A stretch of 63,967 nt of DNA from positions 1-63,967 of the forward strand of contig JAYWIP010000231.1 in the NCBI GenBank assembly GCA_039794465.1. Direction: 5' to 3'. Under the pieces are notes generated by a model. That model did not search any database, was not told the origin of the DNA, and saw only the letters and a list, made by a program, of their open reading frames with translations. This document shows positions 29,192 through 39,069 of the stretch, piece by piece (within the stretch, counting starts at the first letter, position 1; every line of letters begins with the position of its first letter). The translations under genes and the position numbers were made by a program. This DNA is from Nitrospira sp. Its GTDB lineage: Bacteria > Nitrospirota > Nitrospiria > Nitrospirales > Nitrospiraceae.

Positions 29192-29410
29192 TTAGAATGA
29201 TCCCCCGCCGATGAAGCTCAGGATTTCCACCCGATCCCCGTCTTTGAGAGACCGCTGCCCGAACATGGTGCGATCCAGAATTTCGAGATTCAACTCGACC
29301 GCCACTCGCTCGGCCTTGATGTCTAACTCCCGCAACAGATCGGCGACCGTCGCGCCGCCACGCCAATCCTTCGCCTCGCCGTTCACCTGAATTCGAATAG
29401 GCGCTTGCAT
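29192..29410 (-). CDS. thiS: Sulfur carrier protein ThiS (ends GGGSF)
   Basis: IQVNGE, VAVELN, LKDGDRVEILSFIGGG; upstream of thiG. Confidence 0.93.
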   Translation of the reverse strand: MQAPIRIQVNGEAKDWRGGATVADLLRELDIKAERVAVELNLEILDRTMFGQRSLKDGDRVEILSFIGGGSF

Positions 29411-29418
29411 AGACCGTC

Positions 29419-29448
29419 ATCCTATGAGACGCGAATTCACCTTGTCAA
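29419..29448 (-). promoter_or_regulatory. Promoter of thiS-thiG
   Basis: Minus strand TTGACA-18 bp-TAGGAT, 8 nt before the thiS ATG. Confidence 0.55.
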
Positions 29449-29501
29449 TCAACGCCCCCTTGCCCAAACGACCGGGAACATCGCACAATGGCCCTACAGG
29501 A

Positions 29502-29975
29502 ATGACGATGACGCACACACATAATCAGCAGGTCGCGGAGCTCTTCCGATCAATGGCCGATCTGCTCGCGACTCAACGGGCAAACCCATACCGCGTTCGC
29601 GCCTATCGGCGCGCTGCGGATTCGCTGCTGGCCATGGAGGACGATGTCGCGACCGTCGCGCAGCGCGGAGGCCTGGAAGACATCGAGGGGGTTGGAAAGG
29701 ACCTCGCCCAAAAGATCCTGGAGTTTCTTGAAACCGGAACGATCCGCGCCTACGAAGAACTGAAGACCCCGCTCCCGCCGGAGGTGAAGGGCTGGTCAAA
29801 ACTTCCGGGGCTTTCGGATTCGCTTGTCACCTACCTGTACTTCCGTCTGGGCATCCGCACAGTCGCCGACCTGAAGCGGCTGATCGAATCGCACCTGCTG
29901 AGAACTCTTCCGGGCTTCTCAGGTTCGGAAACAGCTCTGCTCGAAGCCGTCCAGAAGCTCGACGAAACTATCTAA
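29502..29975 (+). CDS. Standalone PolX/Pol-beta N-terminal helix-hairpin-helix protein
   Basis: NQQVAELFRSMAD, NPYRVRAYRRAA, IEGVGKDLAQKI, LGIRTVADL; no palm domain; start 29502 or 29508. Confidence 0.82.
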   Translation: MTMTHTHNQQVAELFRSMADLLATQRANPYRVRAYRRAADSLLAMEDDVATVAQRGGLEDIEGVGKDLAQKILEFLETGTIRAYEELKTPLPPEVKGWSKLPGLSDSLVTYLYFRLGIRTVADLKRLIESHLLRTLPGFSGSETALLEAVQKLDETI

Positions 29976-29986
29976 CCGTCTACCCG

Positions 29987-31351
29987 CTACGACGGTTTCA
30001 TTTCCTTGAAGATCTTCCAGCTCTTCAGCAACTCAACCGCCTTCTGCAACTGGGCATCCTGTTCAAGAGACGGTTCGCCCAGTGCCTCGGCGGCCGGAGC
30101 CGGCGGAGGCGTCCCATTCTTAGAACCCGCCTCGTCCGGCGGCTTGACACCGGATGGGGGCGCTTCTTTCCCAGTGGAGGGCTTGACAGATTTAGACTCC
30201 GCTTCTTTCTCACCCGGTTTGCCCTCACCGGTCTTCGCAGTGGGCGGCGCAGGGAGCTTCACCACGATATCAGGGGTTATGCCGGTCGACTGGATGGTCC
30301 GACCCTTCGGGGTGTAATACTTTGCGGTCGTCAGGCGAAGACCCGATCCGTCTCCAAGCGCCAAAATCGTCTGGACTGATCCCTTGCCGAACGACGTGGT
30401 CCCGACTACCACCGCCCGCCCCCAGTCTTGGAGGGCGCCCGCGACGATCTCCGACGCACTCGCCGAACCTTCGTTGACAAGCACAATGACCGGCAGATCT
30501 TCCAGCTGATCCTTGGATTTGGCGAACCATTCGTCCTTCTTGCCGTCCCGGCTCTTGGTATAGACCACGAGCTTCCCGCTTGGAAGAAACTGTTCGGAGA
30601 CATCGACCGCCGCCGTCAGAAGGCCGCCGGGGTTGTTCCGCAAATCCAAAATCGCGCCCTGTGCTTTTTGTTCTCTGAACTGCTTGATGGCCTTGGCCAA
30701 ATCTCTTCCCGTCGCCTCTTGGAATTGCGTGAGCCGGACATAGCCGAGGTTGTCGATCATCTTGGATTTCACGCTCTCGATCTTGATGGTGTCGCGCACC
30801 AACGTGAAGACCAGCGGTTCCGGCGTGCCGTCCCGTTGAATTGTCAAATTCACTTTGCTGCCTTTCGGCCCGCGCATCTTCTGGACGGCATCCATCAGCG
30901 TGAGATCTTTCGTCGTCTCATCGTTCACTTTCACGATGAAATCGCCGGCCTTGATGCCGGCCCGGTGCGCCGGCGTACCTTCGATCGGGGCGATGACGGC
31001 CAACCGGTTGTCTTTCACACCGATCTGAATGCCCACGCCGCCGAATTCCCCCTTCGTCTCGACCTGCATCTCCTTATACATTTCGGGAGTCATGTACGCA
31101 GAATGCGGATCCAGCGTGGCCAACATTCCGCGAATCGCCCCTTGGATAAGGTCCTTCGCTTTTGTCTCGTCCACGTAATGTCTTTGCACTTGATTGAGCA
31201 CCTCGGAAAAGGTCTTGAGCTCCTCATAGGTTTCACTGGCGTGGCCCGTCCGCTCCCAGCCCTTGCCGATCACGACCCCGCCGAGGAGCGCGATCGCAAT
31301 CATCGGTCCGACCACCCAAGACTTTCGCCGCGGCTGCTGATCCATCATCAT
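29987..31351 (-). CDS. ctpA: Carboxyl-terminal processing protease (S41)
   Basis: LDPHSAY, GGVGI PDZ, DLRNNPGG, SASASEI, FGKGSVQ. Confidence 0.95.
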   Translation of the reverse strand: MMMDQQPRRKSWVVGPMIAIALLGGVVIGKGWERTGHASETYEELKTFSEVLNQVQRHYVDETKAKDLIQGAIRGMLATLDPHSAYMTPEMYKEMQVETKGEFGGVGIQIGVKDNRLAVIAPIEGTPAHRAGIKAGDFIVKVNDETTKDLTLMDAVQKMRGPKGSKVNLTIQRDGTPEPLVFTLVRDTIKIESVKSKMIDNLGYVRLTQFQEATGRDLAKAIKQFREQKAQGAILDLRNNPGGLLTAAVDVSEQFLPSGKLVVYTKSRDGKKDEWFAKSKDQLEDLPVIVLVNEGSASASEIVAGALQDWGRAVVVGTTSFGKGSVQTILALGDGSGLRLTTAKYYTPKGRTIQSTGITPDIVVKLPAPPTAKTGEGKPGEKEAESKSVKPSTGKEAPPSGVKPPDEAGSKNGTPPPAPAAEALGEPSLEQDAQLQKAVELLKSWKIFKEMKPS

Positions 31352-31401
31352 CGATATCCCTTCTTTGCGTTTAACCTTCCGGTGGCATGGGCGCGGTTAG
31401 A

Positions 31402-32586
31402 TTACCGCTTGACCAGCCATTGGATCGGGTCCACCGGTTCGGCCCCTTCGCGTAACTCGAAGTATAAAGTATTTTCTCCGGTCACGCCCGTATCTCCGGT
31501 TTCTCCGATCGGATATCCCTCGGCGACCTGCTCGCCGACTTTGGCCAGAATCCTGGCGGCATGGGCGTAGAGGGAGAAGAACCCATTGGCGTGATCCAAG
31601 ATTATAACGAGTCCGTAGCCTTTCAACCAGTCCGCATAGACCACGGCACCGGGCATGACGGCATGGATGAAGCTGCCCTCTTTCGTCCTGATTTCGATCC
31701 CTTTGCGCTGCACATAGGTATTGAAGGTCGGATGTTTCTGCCGGCCAAAGTACGACACAACCTGCCCGTCGGCCGGCCAGGGCAGAGCACCTCTGACCCC
31801 GCGTGAGGGAGCCGGCACCGCCTGAGGCTTGCTCGCCAACGCTCGGCGGCGAGTTTCCAACTCCTGCAGCAAACTGTCCACTCGGGCCGCCGATCGTTCG
31901 AGTTCCTCGACCGTTCGATTGTACGCGTCTTTTTCTTGCGTGATCTTCGCCAAGTAGACTTTTTTCTCTTTTTGGATGGCACGGATGTCGGTGAGCTTCT
32001 TTTCGATACTCTGCTTGAACGCCACCATGCCGGCCCGCGCCTCGGCCCGTTGGCGTTCGGCGTGCTCCATGCGGGCCATATCCTCCCGAAACCTGCTCAG
32101 CAAGTCATACTCCTTTTGGGACAGCGTAGAAACGTACTGCTGGCGACGCTGAAAGTCCGCATAGGAGCCCGACGCCAACAACGCTTTCACATACCCGAAC
32201 CGTCCTTCCATATATTGCACGCGAAAACGCGCCAGGATGGCATCGCGCCGCTCTTCAATGCCGGCGCGTATCACCCCGATATGCTCCGTGATGTCATCGA
32301 TCTCCCGGTCCTTCTTGCGCAGTTTCTTCGTGATCTCCTGGTGATCATGGCGATGGCGGACCAGCCGTTCGTCCAACGATTGGATGCCTTGCAGCACCGA
32401 TTCTCGTTTCTTCTCGACTTCCTCCGCCCGCTTTCGCTTTTCTTCGATTTTCCCTTTCAATTGCTCGAGCGTTTTACGTTCTCGCTCGATCTTTTCGGCG
32501 ATGGGATCATTGGCCGCGACGGCGGCAGACTCCCACCCGCTCCACACCGGGAGACACCAGACGATGGCCGCAAGCCACAGCCTCAC
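31402..32586 (-). CDS. envC: Murein hydrolase activator EnvC family
   Basis: Long coiled coil plus degenerate M23 domain (RKGIEI, LYFELR); follows ftsX. Confidence 0.88.
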   Translation of the reverse strand: MRLWLAAIVWCLPVWSGWESAAVAANDPIAEKIERERKTLEQLKGKIEEKRKRAEEVEKKRESVLQGIQSLDERLVRHRHDHQEITKKLRKKDREIDDITEHIGVIRAGIEERRDAILARFRVQYMEGRFGYVKALLASGSYADFQRRQQYVSTLSQKEYDLLSRFREDMARMEHAERQRAEARAGMVAFKQSIEKKLTDIRAIQKEKKVYLAKITQEKDAYNRTVEELERSAARVDSLLQELETRRRALASKPQAVPAPSRGVRGALPWPADGQVVSYFGRQKHPTFNTYVQRKGIEIRTKEGSFIHAVMPGAVVYADWLKGYGLVIILDHANGFFSLYAHAARILAKVGEQVAEGYPIGETGDTGVTGENTLYFELREGAEPVDPIQWLVKR

Positions 32587-33482
32587 CCTCGCCCCTCCCC
32601 GAATCTGCGCAGGGATACCATGCTGCCGGCCACCCCCAGCACCATTCCCACAGCCACAAACGCCACACAGATAGACAGCGGGAGAAACGACACCAGGGTT
32701 TCAATGCCGCGGAAACGGCCGACCGACCCGATCTGCTGCCGGAACAACTCAAAGCCCAGCTTCAGAATGCCCAGCGACAGCGCGCTGCCGCAGACACCCA
32801 ACACGGCTCCTTCGATGAAATAGGGGATGCGGATAAAGGCGCGCGTCGCCCCGATGAGGCGAAGGATTTCAATTTCCTCCCGTCTGGCGAACAGCGCGAG
32901 CCGAATTGTGTTTCCGATAATGGTGACAGCGGCCATGGAGAGGATCACCCCCACACTGATCGCGGCCAGCTCGATATATCGAATGAGTCCGGCCAATGCG
33001 TCTATCCACTCCTGATTGTAATCGACTTTCGCCACCCCGGCCATCGTTTTGACCCGTTCAGCCCACCGATTCACCGCGTCCAGCGACCGATAATTCGGCG
33101 CCGGCGTGACGACGAACGAGGCAGGCAGCGGGTTTTCTCCCAGCCCTTCGAGCAAATGAGAATCGGACGGAAATTGCGCCCGAAATTCGCCGAGTGCCTG
33201 CTCTTTCGAGATATACAGAAGGCCCCCCACCATTCGATCAGCCTTGAGCGTTCCTTCGAGATCTTGGAACACGTCCTGCGAGAGCCGGTCATCCAAATAG
33301 ACGATCACCTTGATGTCTTCTTGCAGCCAATCCGCCGCATGACGAAGGTTCACATAGGAGAGCAGAAAAATGCCGACGCAGGCCAATGTGAACGCCGTGG
33401 TCACAATGGCCACTACCGTGGTAGTGCGGTTGGTCCGCAAATTTGCCCACGCTTCACGGAAGAGATACACGAGCCATCTCAT
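32583..33482 (-). CDS. ftsX: Cell division permease FtsX
   Basis: ENPLPASF, IGNTIRL...RREEIEILRLIGA, IPYFIEG. Confidence 0.93.
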   Translation of the reverse strand: MRWLVYLFREAWANLRTNRTTTVVAIVTTAFTLACVGIFLLSYVNLRHAADWLQEDIKVIVYLDDRLSQDVFQDLEGTLKADRMVGGLLYISKEQALGEFRAQFPSDSHLLEGLGENPLPASFVVTPAPNYRSLDAVNRWAERVKTMAGVAKVDYNQEWIDALAGLIRYIELAAISVGVILSMAAVTIIGNTIRLALFARREEIEILRLIGATRAFIRIPYFIEGAVLGVCGSALSLGILKLGFELFRQQIGSVGRFRGIETLVSFLPLSICVAFVAVGMVLGVAGSMVSLRRFGEGRG

Positions 33483-34159
33483 ACCCCTACGCTGTCGCCT
33501 CCCTGCCGCTCAGGCATGAGAACCCCCTGCATCAGCGTGATCACACGCCGGTTGACCAGCGACATCACATGCGGGTCATGGGTGGCGACCACGACAGTCG
33601 TTCCTCGTGCATTGATCAATTTGAACAACTCGATAATCTCCGCGGTCCGTTCAGGGTCGAGATTACCGGTTGGCTCATCCGCCAGAAGCACAACCGGCCC
33701 GTTCACGATCGCCCGCGCAATACAGGCCCGCTGCTGCTCCCCCGTCGAGAGGCTGGCGGGTGACTGGTCTTTTTTATGTTCGACACCGACCGCCCGCAAC
33801 GCTTCCGTGACTTTGCGGCGGATATCCGCCGTCGAAGACCGTTGCACGATCAAGGGCAGCGCGACGTTTTCAAACACGGACTTTTTAGGGAGCAGGCGAA
33901 AGTCTTGAAAGACCGTCCCGATCTTGCGCCGAAGGTAGGGCACCTCCGACTGTCTCAGCTGGCCGACGTTCTTGCCCTGCACAAAGATCTGCCCTTGATC
34001 CGGCCGCTCCTCGCCGATCAGCATGCGCAACAGCGTGGACTTCCCCGCTCCGCTCGGCCCCATGAGCAACACGAACTCTCCCTTCCCGATTTCCAGCGTG
34101 AGGTCGGACAGGGCGACACGGCGGTCATAACTCTTCGAAACATGGATCAGCTGGATCAT
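33479..34159 (-). CDS. ftsE: Cell division ATP-binding protein FtsE
   Basis: GPSGAGKST, LRRKIGTVFQDFRLL, ADEPTGNLD. Confidence 0.95.
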   Translation of the reverse strand: MIQLIHVSKSYDRRVALSDLTLEIGKGEFVLLMGPSGAGKSTLLRMLIGEERPDQGQIFVQGKNVGQLRQSEVPYLRRKIGTVFQDFRLLPKKSVFENVALPLIVQRSSTADIRRKVTEALRAVGVEHKKDQSPASLSTGEQQRACIARAIVNGPVVLLADEPTGNLDPERTAEIIELFKLINARGTTVVVATHDPHVMSLVNRRVITLMQGVLMPERQGGDSVGV

Positions 34160-34192
34160 CGTTTCCTTCGGATGACGTTCTCTGCCAACAGT

Positions 34193-34591
34193 CTAGGACA
34201 TCCGTCGTTGGTCGGCATCGAACGCATTCTGGAGATGTTCGATGCGGCCTGGCGAAGACGGGTGCCCCTGCACTACCACGACATCGAATCGGCACGATCG
34301 ATCCGACAGGTGGCGCTGGGTAAGATATTGAGACGCCAGCCGCACGAGTTTGGCCTGTTTTTTCCGATCCACAGCCAACACCGCGCCACCGAAAGCCTCC
34401 GTCGCCCGGGCCTTCACTTCGACAAAGACCAGCACTCCGCGGTCTTCGGCCACGAGATCCAGCTCGCCCAGCGAGGTCCGGAGATTGCGCGCCAAGATCC
34501 GATAGCCTTTGGCCTGTAAGAACCGCTCCGCCAACAATTCGCTGGCTTGTCCGAACTGATGGCGGGGATCCCTCGAATTAGCCCTGCTCAT
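34193..34591 (-). CDS. yraN: YraN family endonuclease-like protein
   Basis: GELDLVA, VFVEVKAR, RFDVV, HLQNAF. Confidence 0.9.
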   Translation of the reverse strand: MSRANSRDPRHQFGQASELLAERFLQAKGYRILARNLRTSLGELDLVAEDRGVLVFVEVKARATEAFGGAVLAVDRKKQAKLVRLASQYLTQRHLSDRSCRFDVVVVQGHPSSPGRIEHLQNAFDADQRRMS

Positions 34592-34605
34592 GGAGATCGG
34601 TTTGG

Positions 34606-35256
34606 TTACCCGGCCGACCCCGCGAGGCTGAGTTCGGCGGTCCGTGCCGAGAGGATCGTGTCCCGCACCGGCGCAAACGTCCGCCGGTGGATGGGGCAGG
34701 GCCCGAAACGCGCCAGCATCCGTAGATGTTCCGCGGTACCATACCCCTTATGCGAAAGGAAATTATATTGCGGAAATGTCTCGTGGAACGCCACCATCAG
34801 ACGATCCCGTGTGACCTTGGCGATGATCGACGCTGCAGCGATTGAGAGAGACAGCGCATCACCTTTGATGATCGGACGCAACGGCAGATGGAGCGCCGGG
34901 AGCATAACGGCATCGGTCAGGAGATAATCGGGAGCGGGATCCAAATTGGCAACAGCCCGGCACATGGCCAGACGGGACGCTTCTAAAATGTTCAGGGCAT
35001 CGATCTCTCCGGCGTCGGCCGACCCAATCCCCACGCCGACCGCTTTGTCCAGGATCGCGTGATAGAGCCGTTCCCGTTCAGCTGCGGGGAGTTGTTTCGA
35101 ATCGTCGACACCGGTCAACCTGGCGTGGACGGGCAAGATCACCGCCGCCGCGACGACCGGACCGGCCAACGGCCCGCGCCCCGCTTCGTCGATGCCGGCA
35201 ACACGGCGATATCCGCGCCGCCGGGCTTCTTGCTCGAACTCATCGGCAGGCCCCAT
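34606..35256 (-). CDS. rnhB: Ribonuclease HII
   Basis: GIDEAGRGPLAGPV, DSKQL, KGDA, AAASIIAKVTRD, HKGYGT. Confidence 0.96.
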   Translation of the reverse strand: MGPADEFEQEARRRGYRRVAGIDEAGRGPLAGPVVAAAVILPVHARLTGVDDSKQLPAAERERLYHAILDKAVGVGIGSADAGEIDALNILEASRLAMCRAVANLDPAPDYLLTDAVMLPALHLPLRPIIKGDALSLSIAAASIIAKVTRDRLMVAFHETFPQYNFLSHKGYGTAEHLRMLARFGPCPIHRRTFAPVRDTILSARTAELSLAGSAG

Positions 35257-35331
35257 CAGGCTCGCTCCCGATCACGGCTCTGTGTGAGACAAGCGGCCCC
35301 TGCACACGGCGAACCCGGGACAACCGGGTGT

Positions 35332-35745
35332 TTAGGCCTTCGCGGGCGCTTCCGGAGCGGGTTGAGCGGCGGCCGACTGGGTGGACGACTTACTCTCCCC
35401 GACGAACTCGCGCTCTTCCACTTTGGCGAACCGCCCCTTCTTTCCGCGCAGGTAGTAGAGCTTCGCCCGCCGCACACGTCCTTGCCGAACGACATCAACC
35501 TTCGAGACAATCGGCGAATGCACCGGGAAAATACGTTCAACACCGACGCCATAGGATAGCTTCCGGACGGTGAACGTCTCCGTATTCAGGGATCCCTTGC
35601 GGGCGATCACCGTTCCTTCATACACCTGGATGCGTTCCTTATCCCCTTCGACGACTTTGACGTGGACTCTGACGACATCCCCGATTTCAAAGATCGGCGG
35701 TGACTTTTTCGTCAAGGACCGCTGAATGCGCTCTAACTGATTCAT
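35332..35745 (-). CDS. rplS: 50S ribosomal protein L19
   Basis: [32 protein letters not shown]. Confidence 0.98.
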   Translation of the reverse strand: MNQLERIQRSLTKKSPPIFEIGDVVRVHVKVVEGDKERIQVYEGTVIARKGSLNTETFTVRKLSYGVGVERIFPVHSPIVSKVDVVRQGRVRRAKLYYLRGKKGRFAKVEEREFVGESKSSTQSAAAQPAPEAPAKA

Positions 35746-35749
35746 CGAC

Positions 35750-36535
35750 TTATCCCTCCTCCCCGCTACGTACGGGCGCCATCGAAACGCCTTCGTTCAT
35801 CAATTCATTCAACAACCGCTGATCTTCGTTCGTGAGCACTCGATCCCTCAGGAGATCGGGCCGTCTCAGATATGTGCTGCGCAACGCCTGCTTCCGGCGC
35901 CACAGGCGGATCGCTTCATGATGCCCGGACAAGAGTACTTCCGGAACACCCAGACCACGCACCTCTGCCGGCCTGGTATAGTGCGGATACTCCAAGAGAG
36001 AATCCGAAAACGATTCCTCAACCATGGACTGGGGATCACCCAACACGCCCGGGACCAACCGAGCCGCCGCATCGATCAAGACAAGCGCCGGCAGCTCGCC
36101 ACCGGTCAACACATAGTCGCCGACGGACACCTCTTCCGGTGCCAGGGCCGTTCTGACCCGTTCATCGATCCCCTCATAATGGCCGCAGAGTATCACCATG
36201 CGACGTTCTTCGCCCGCGAGACGCTGCGCATACTCCTGCGTGAAGGGCCGGCCATGGGGGGACGGAAACAGCAACCGGATTGTCTCACCATAGGCCTGAG
36301 CTTTTCCCCTCAGCGCATCGACCGCGCGCAAAATCGGTTCCGCCTTCATCACCATTCCGGCACCGCCGCCATACGGCACGTCATCCGCCACCTTGTGGCG
36401 ATCATCGGTGAAGTCGCGCAGATTGCGCACCGTCACATGAAGCAGCCCCTTTTCCTGGGCGCGCTTGAGCATGCTCTGTCCCAGGACGGGAGCCACCATG
36501 TCCGGGAACAATGTCAGCACGTCGAACCGCAACAT
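35750..36535 (-). CDS. trmD: tRNA (guanine-N1)-methyltransferase
   Basis: [46 protein letters not shown]. Confidence 0.97.
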   Translation of the reverse strand: MLRFDVLTLFPDMVAPVLGQSMLKRAQEKGLLHVTVRNLRDFTDDRHKVADDVPYGGGAGMVMKAEPILRAVDALRGKAQAYGETIRLLFPSPHGRPFTQEYAQRLAGEERRMVILCGHYEGIDERVRTALAPEEVSVGDYVLTGGELPALVLIDAAARLVPGVLGDPQSMVEESFSDSLLEYPHYTRPAEVRGLGVPEVLLSGHHEAIRLWRRKQALRSTYLRRPDLLRDRVLTNEDQRLLNELMNEGVSMAPVRSGEEG

Positions 36536-36536
36536 C

Positions 36537-37058
36537 TTATTCGTCCATCCCACCCAGTATACGAACGGTCATCCTCCGGCGATCGAGATCGACGGCCGTC
36601 ACCCATTCCTTGGCCGCAGGAATCAAGGTTTCCTTGGAGCCCTGCCGAACGACGAAGACGTGGTTACCCGGCAGGTCCCAAATTTCTTCCAGCACACCGA
36701 GCGGCTGCCCTTGGTCCGAGTGTACTTCCAGGCCCACCAAGTCACATGCATAGTACTGTCCGTTCGGAAGGGCGGGGGCGGTGCCACGAGCAGCCTGGAC
36801 CAGCCCACCGGACCAGACCTTCGCCTCTTCCGGCGTCGCCAGGCCGGCAAACCCCACGATAAATTCCGTTCCCGCGCGCCGCACATGGATGACGCTCGTC
36901 TCCAGCATCCGACCGTCCTTCGCCACCAATTGTACGTCCGTCAACGCCTCAAATCGACCGGGCACGTCACTCAAGGGCCGAACCTTGACCTGCCCTTTGA
37001 CCCCAAAGGGCCGCCCGATCCGCCCGACCGTGACCGTCTCAAGCGAGCCGACCATCAT
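36537..37058 (-). CDS. rimM: 16S rRNA processing protein RimM
   Basis: GRIGRPFGVKG, YYACDLVG, LIP; located between rpsP and trmD. Confidence 0.94.
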   Translation of the reverse strand: MMVGSLETVTVGRIGRPFGVKGQVKVRPLSDVPGRFEALTDVQLVAKDGRMLETSVIHVRRAGTEFIVGFAGLATPEEAKVWSGGLVQAARGTAPALPNGQYYACDLVGLEVHSDQGQPLGVLEEIWDLPGNHVFVVRQGSKETLIPAAKEWVTAVDLDRRRMTVRILGGMDE

Positions 37059-37067
37059 CTACGCATG

Positions 37068-37358
37068 TTACTTCGCGGCGGCGCCCTTTTGTCCGGCCTT
37101 CTCCGCCTCGAACTGTTTCCACAAGCCCGATCGGCGAAGCAAGGTTCGCACCGTCACCGACGGCTGCGCGCCCTGCCGCAGCCAGGTCAGCACTCGCTCC
37201 TGCTTGAGCTCCGGTACGCCGGCTTCTTTCAACGGATCAAACGTCCCGAGAATTTCAAGGAACCGTCCGTCCCGCGCTTTTCGTGAATCGGCCGCCACCA
37301 GCCGATACATGGGGCGCTTGTGTCTTCCTGTCCGAGCAAGTCTCAAATGAACAGCCAC
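37068..37358 (-). CDS. rpsP: 30S ribosomal protein S16
   Basis: LRLARTG, YRLVAADSRKARDGRFLE, GAQPS; SD aaggagg before GTG. Confidence 0.97.
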   Translation of the reverse strand: MAVHLRLARTGRHKRPMYRLVAADSRKARDGRFLEILGTFDPLKEAGVPELKQERVLTWLRQGAQPSVTVRTLLRRSGLWKQFEAEKAGQKGAAAK

Positions 37359-37383
37359 GAAGTCCTCCTTAGATGAGTGAGCC

Positions 37384-37464
37384 GACAGCAATCAGCTTTC
37401 AGCTTCTTCCGTTACCAATGCTTCTTGCAGCCGATAGCTGAAAGCCATTCGCTGACAGCCGACT
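37384..37464. repeat. Inverted heptamer-unit element between ffh and rpsP
   Basis: gctttcagct (37395-404) pairs with agctgaaagc (37436-45); flanking cagc/gctga 7-nt units. Confidence 0.55.
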
Positions 37465-37472
37465 GCGTTCCA

Positions 37473-38819
37473 TCACATCGACCGCATGAGTTGGGCCAAC
37501 TGCCGCCGTCCCCCTGCGCCGGTCATGGCTTTTGCCAGTTTCTTCGCCGACAAAAACTGCTTGATCAACCGATTGACATCCTGCACGCTGGTGCCGCTGC
37601 CGCGCGCGATCCGTTTTTTCCGGCTGCCGTTGATAATCGTGTGATCCCGCCGTTCGCGGATCGTCATCGAATCGATGATGGCGGCCACCCGGCCCATTTC
37701 CTTCTCCGGTTTGTCCCCTTCGATCGCGTTCTTGAGCTTTTGCCCTCCGGGCAACATACCGAGGATCTGATCCAATGAGCCGAGACGGCCCATTTGTCCC
37801 AGCTGGGCGCGAAAATCCTCCAGCGTGAACGTGTTGCTCGTCAGCCGTTTCTGCGCCGCGTCGGCCTGTTCCCGAGACAGCGTTTCTTGCGCTTTTTCGA
37901 TAAGCGACAGCACGTCGCCCATGCCAAGAATGCGCGACGCCATGCGGTCCGGGTGAAACACCTCCAACGCATCTAATTTTTCCCCCACGCCGAGAAACTT
38001 AATCGGTTTGCCGGTGACGGCCCGGATGGACAACACCGCGCCGCCGCGCGCGTCGCCTTCCACCTTCGTCAGGATGACGCCGGTCAAACCGACCTTCTGG
38101 TCGAACTGGCCCGCCATCGTGACGGCATCCTGACCGGTCATCGCATCGGCAACGAGCAGCACCTCTTGCGGCGCCACCGCCTCTCTGACCGCAACCAGCT
38201 CCCCCATCAAGTCATCGTCGATATGCAACCGCCCGCCGGTGTCCAGGACCACCACGTCAAACCCCTGCGCCTGCCCCTGTTCAACACCAGCCCGACAGAT
38301 GCGCACCACATCCGCCTCGGAAGCCTGCGCCTGATCCGCGCGGTAGACCTCGACCCCAAGGTCACGCCCCAGGGAACTGAGCTGCTCACCGGCCGCAGGC
38401 CGGCGTGGATCCGCCGCCACCATCAGGACACGTTTCCCTTGATTCTTGAACAAGCGGGCCAGCTTGCCGCAGGTCGTCGTTTTGCCGGCTCCCTGCAATC
38501 CGACCATCATCACCACGGTGGGCGGACGGGAGCTGAGCGCAAGCCCTGTGCGCTCACGCCCCATCATCTCGCTCAATTCTTCCCAGACAATTTTGACGAC
38601 GTGATGACCGGGCGTCAGACTCTGCATGACCTCCTGACCGACAGCCTTCAGGCGGACCCGCTCGATGAAATCCTTGACGATCTTGAAATTGACATCGGCT
38701 TCAAGCAATGCGAATCGCACTTCCTTGAGCGCCTCGGCGATGTTTTGCTCCGTGAGCACACCCTGCCCTCGAAGCCGCTTTAAAATATTCTCGAACTTGT
38801 CGCTCAGTGCATCAAACAT
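37473..38819 (-). CDS. ffh: Signal recognition particle protein
   Basis: ALLEADV, GLQGAGKTT, DTGGR, TKVEGDARGG, RILGMGD, RIARGSG. Confidence 0.98.
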   Translation of the reverse strand: MFDALSDKFENILKRLRGQGVLTEQNIAEALKEVRFALLEADVNFKIVKDFIERVRLKAVGQEVMQSLTPGHHVVKIVWEELSEMMGRERTGLALSSRPPTVVMMVGLQGAGKTTTCGKLARLFKNQGKRVLMVAADPRRPAAGEQLSSLGRDLGVEVYRADQAQASEADVVRICRAGVEQGQAQGFDVVVLDTGGRLHIDDDLMGELVAVREAVAPQEVLLVADAMTGQDAVTMAGQFDQKVGLTGVILTKVEGDARGGAVLSIRAVTGKPIKFLGVGEKLDALEVFHPDRMASRILGMGDVLSLIEKAQETLSREQADAAQKRLTSNTFTLEDFRAQLGQMGRLGSLDQILGMLPGGQKLKNAIEGDKPEKEMGRVAAIIDSMTIRERRDHTIINGSRKKRIARGSGTSVQDVNRLIKQFLSAKKLAKAMTGAGGRRQLAQLMRSM

Positions 38820-38900
38820 AGGACCACAAAGAAAGAGGCCATCGAAGCCTTGCGCCAGATCTCCGATCGCCTCGAAAAATCTAGAAAAAGAGCATCGTGC

Positions 38901-38929
38901 AGTTTATAGAACCACTGCAGCCAAGTCAA
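38901..38929 (-). promoter_or_regulatory. Promoter of the ffh-rpsP operon
   Basis: Minus strand TTGACT-17 bp-TAAACT. Confidence 0.6.
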
Positions 38930-38985
38930 GAATGGGGAGGCCTGGGAAGCCGGGAACAGGCCCATGACTGAAAGGGCTGGATTTA

Positions 38986-39014
38986 TTGACTTGCCGTGAG
39001 CCTTCCGATATGGT
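38986..39014 (+). promoter_or_regulatory. Divergent promoter of the DUF4321 gene
   Basis: TTGACT-17 bp-TATGGT. Confidence 0.55.
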
Positions 39015-39069
39015 TCCCATCAGTTTCTGCGTCGATCGGCGCGAGGAAGACAAGAGGAGCACGGTTCTT

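Noticed and set aside
29192-29410. ThiS as the missing modifier for the adjacent proteasome operon
   Set aside because: It is paired with thiG, arc has its own promoter, and PafA chemistry requires a C-terminal Glu on a disordered Pup rather than a beta-grasp protein
38820-39069. SRP RNA or tRNA near ffh
   Set aside because: No recognisable SRP domain IV or cloverleaf; the space is explained by two divergent promoters
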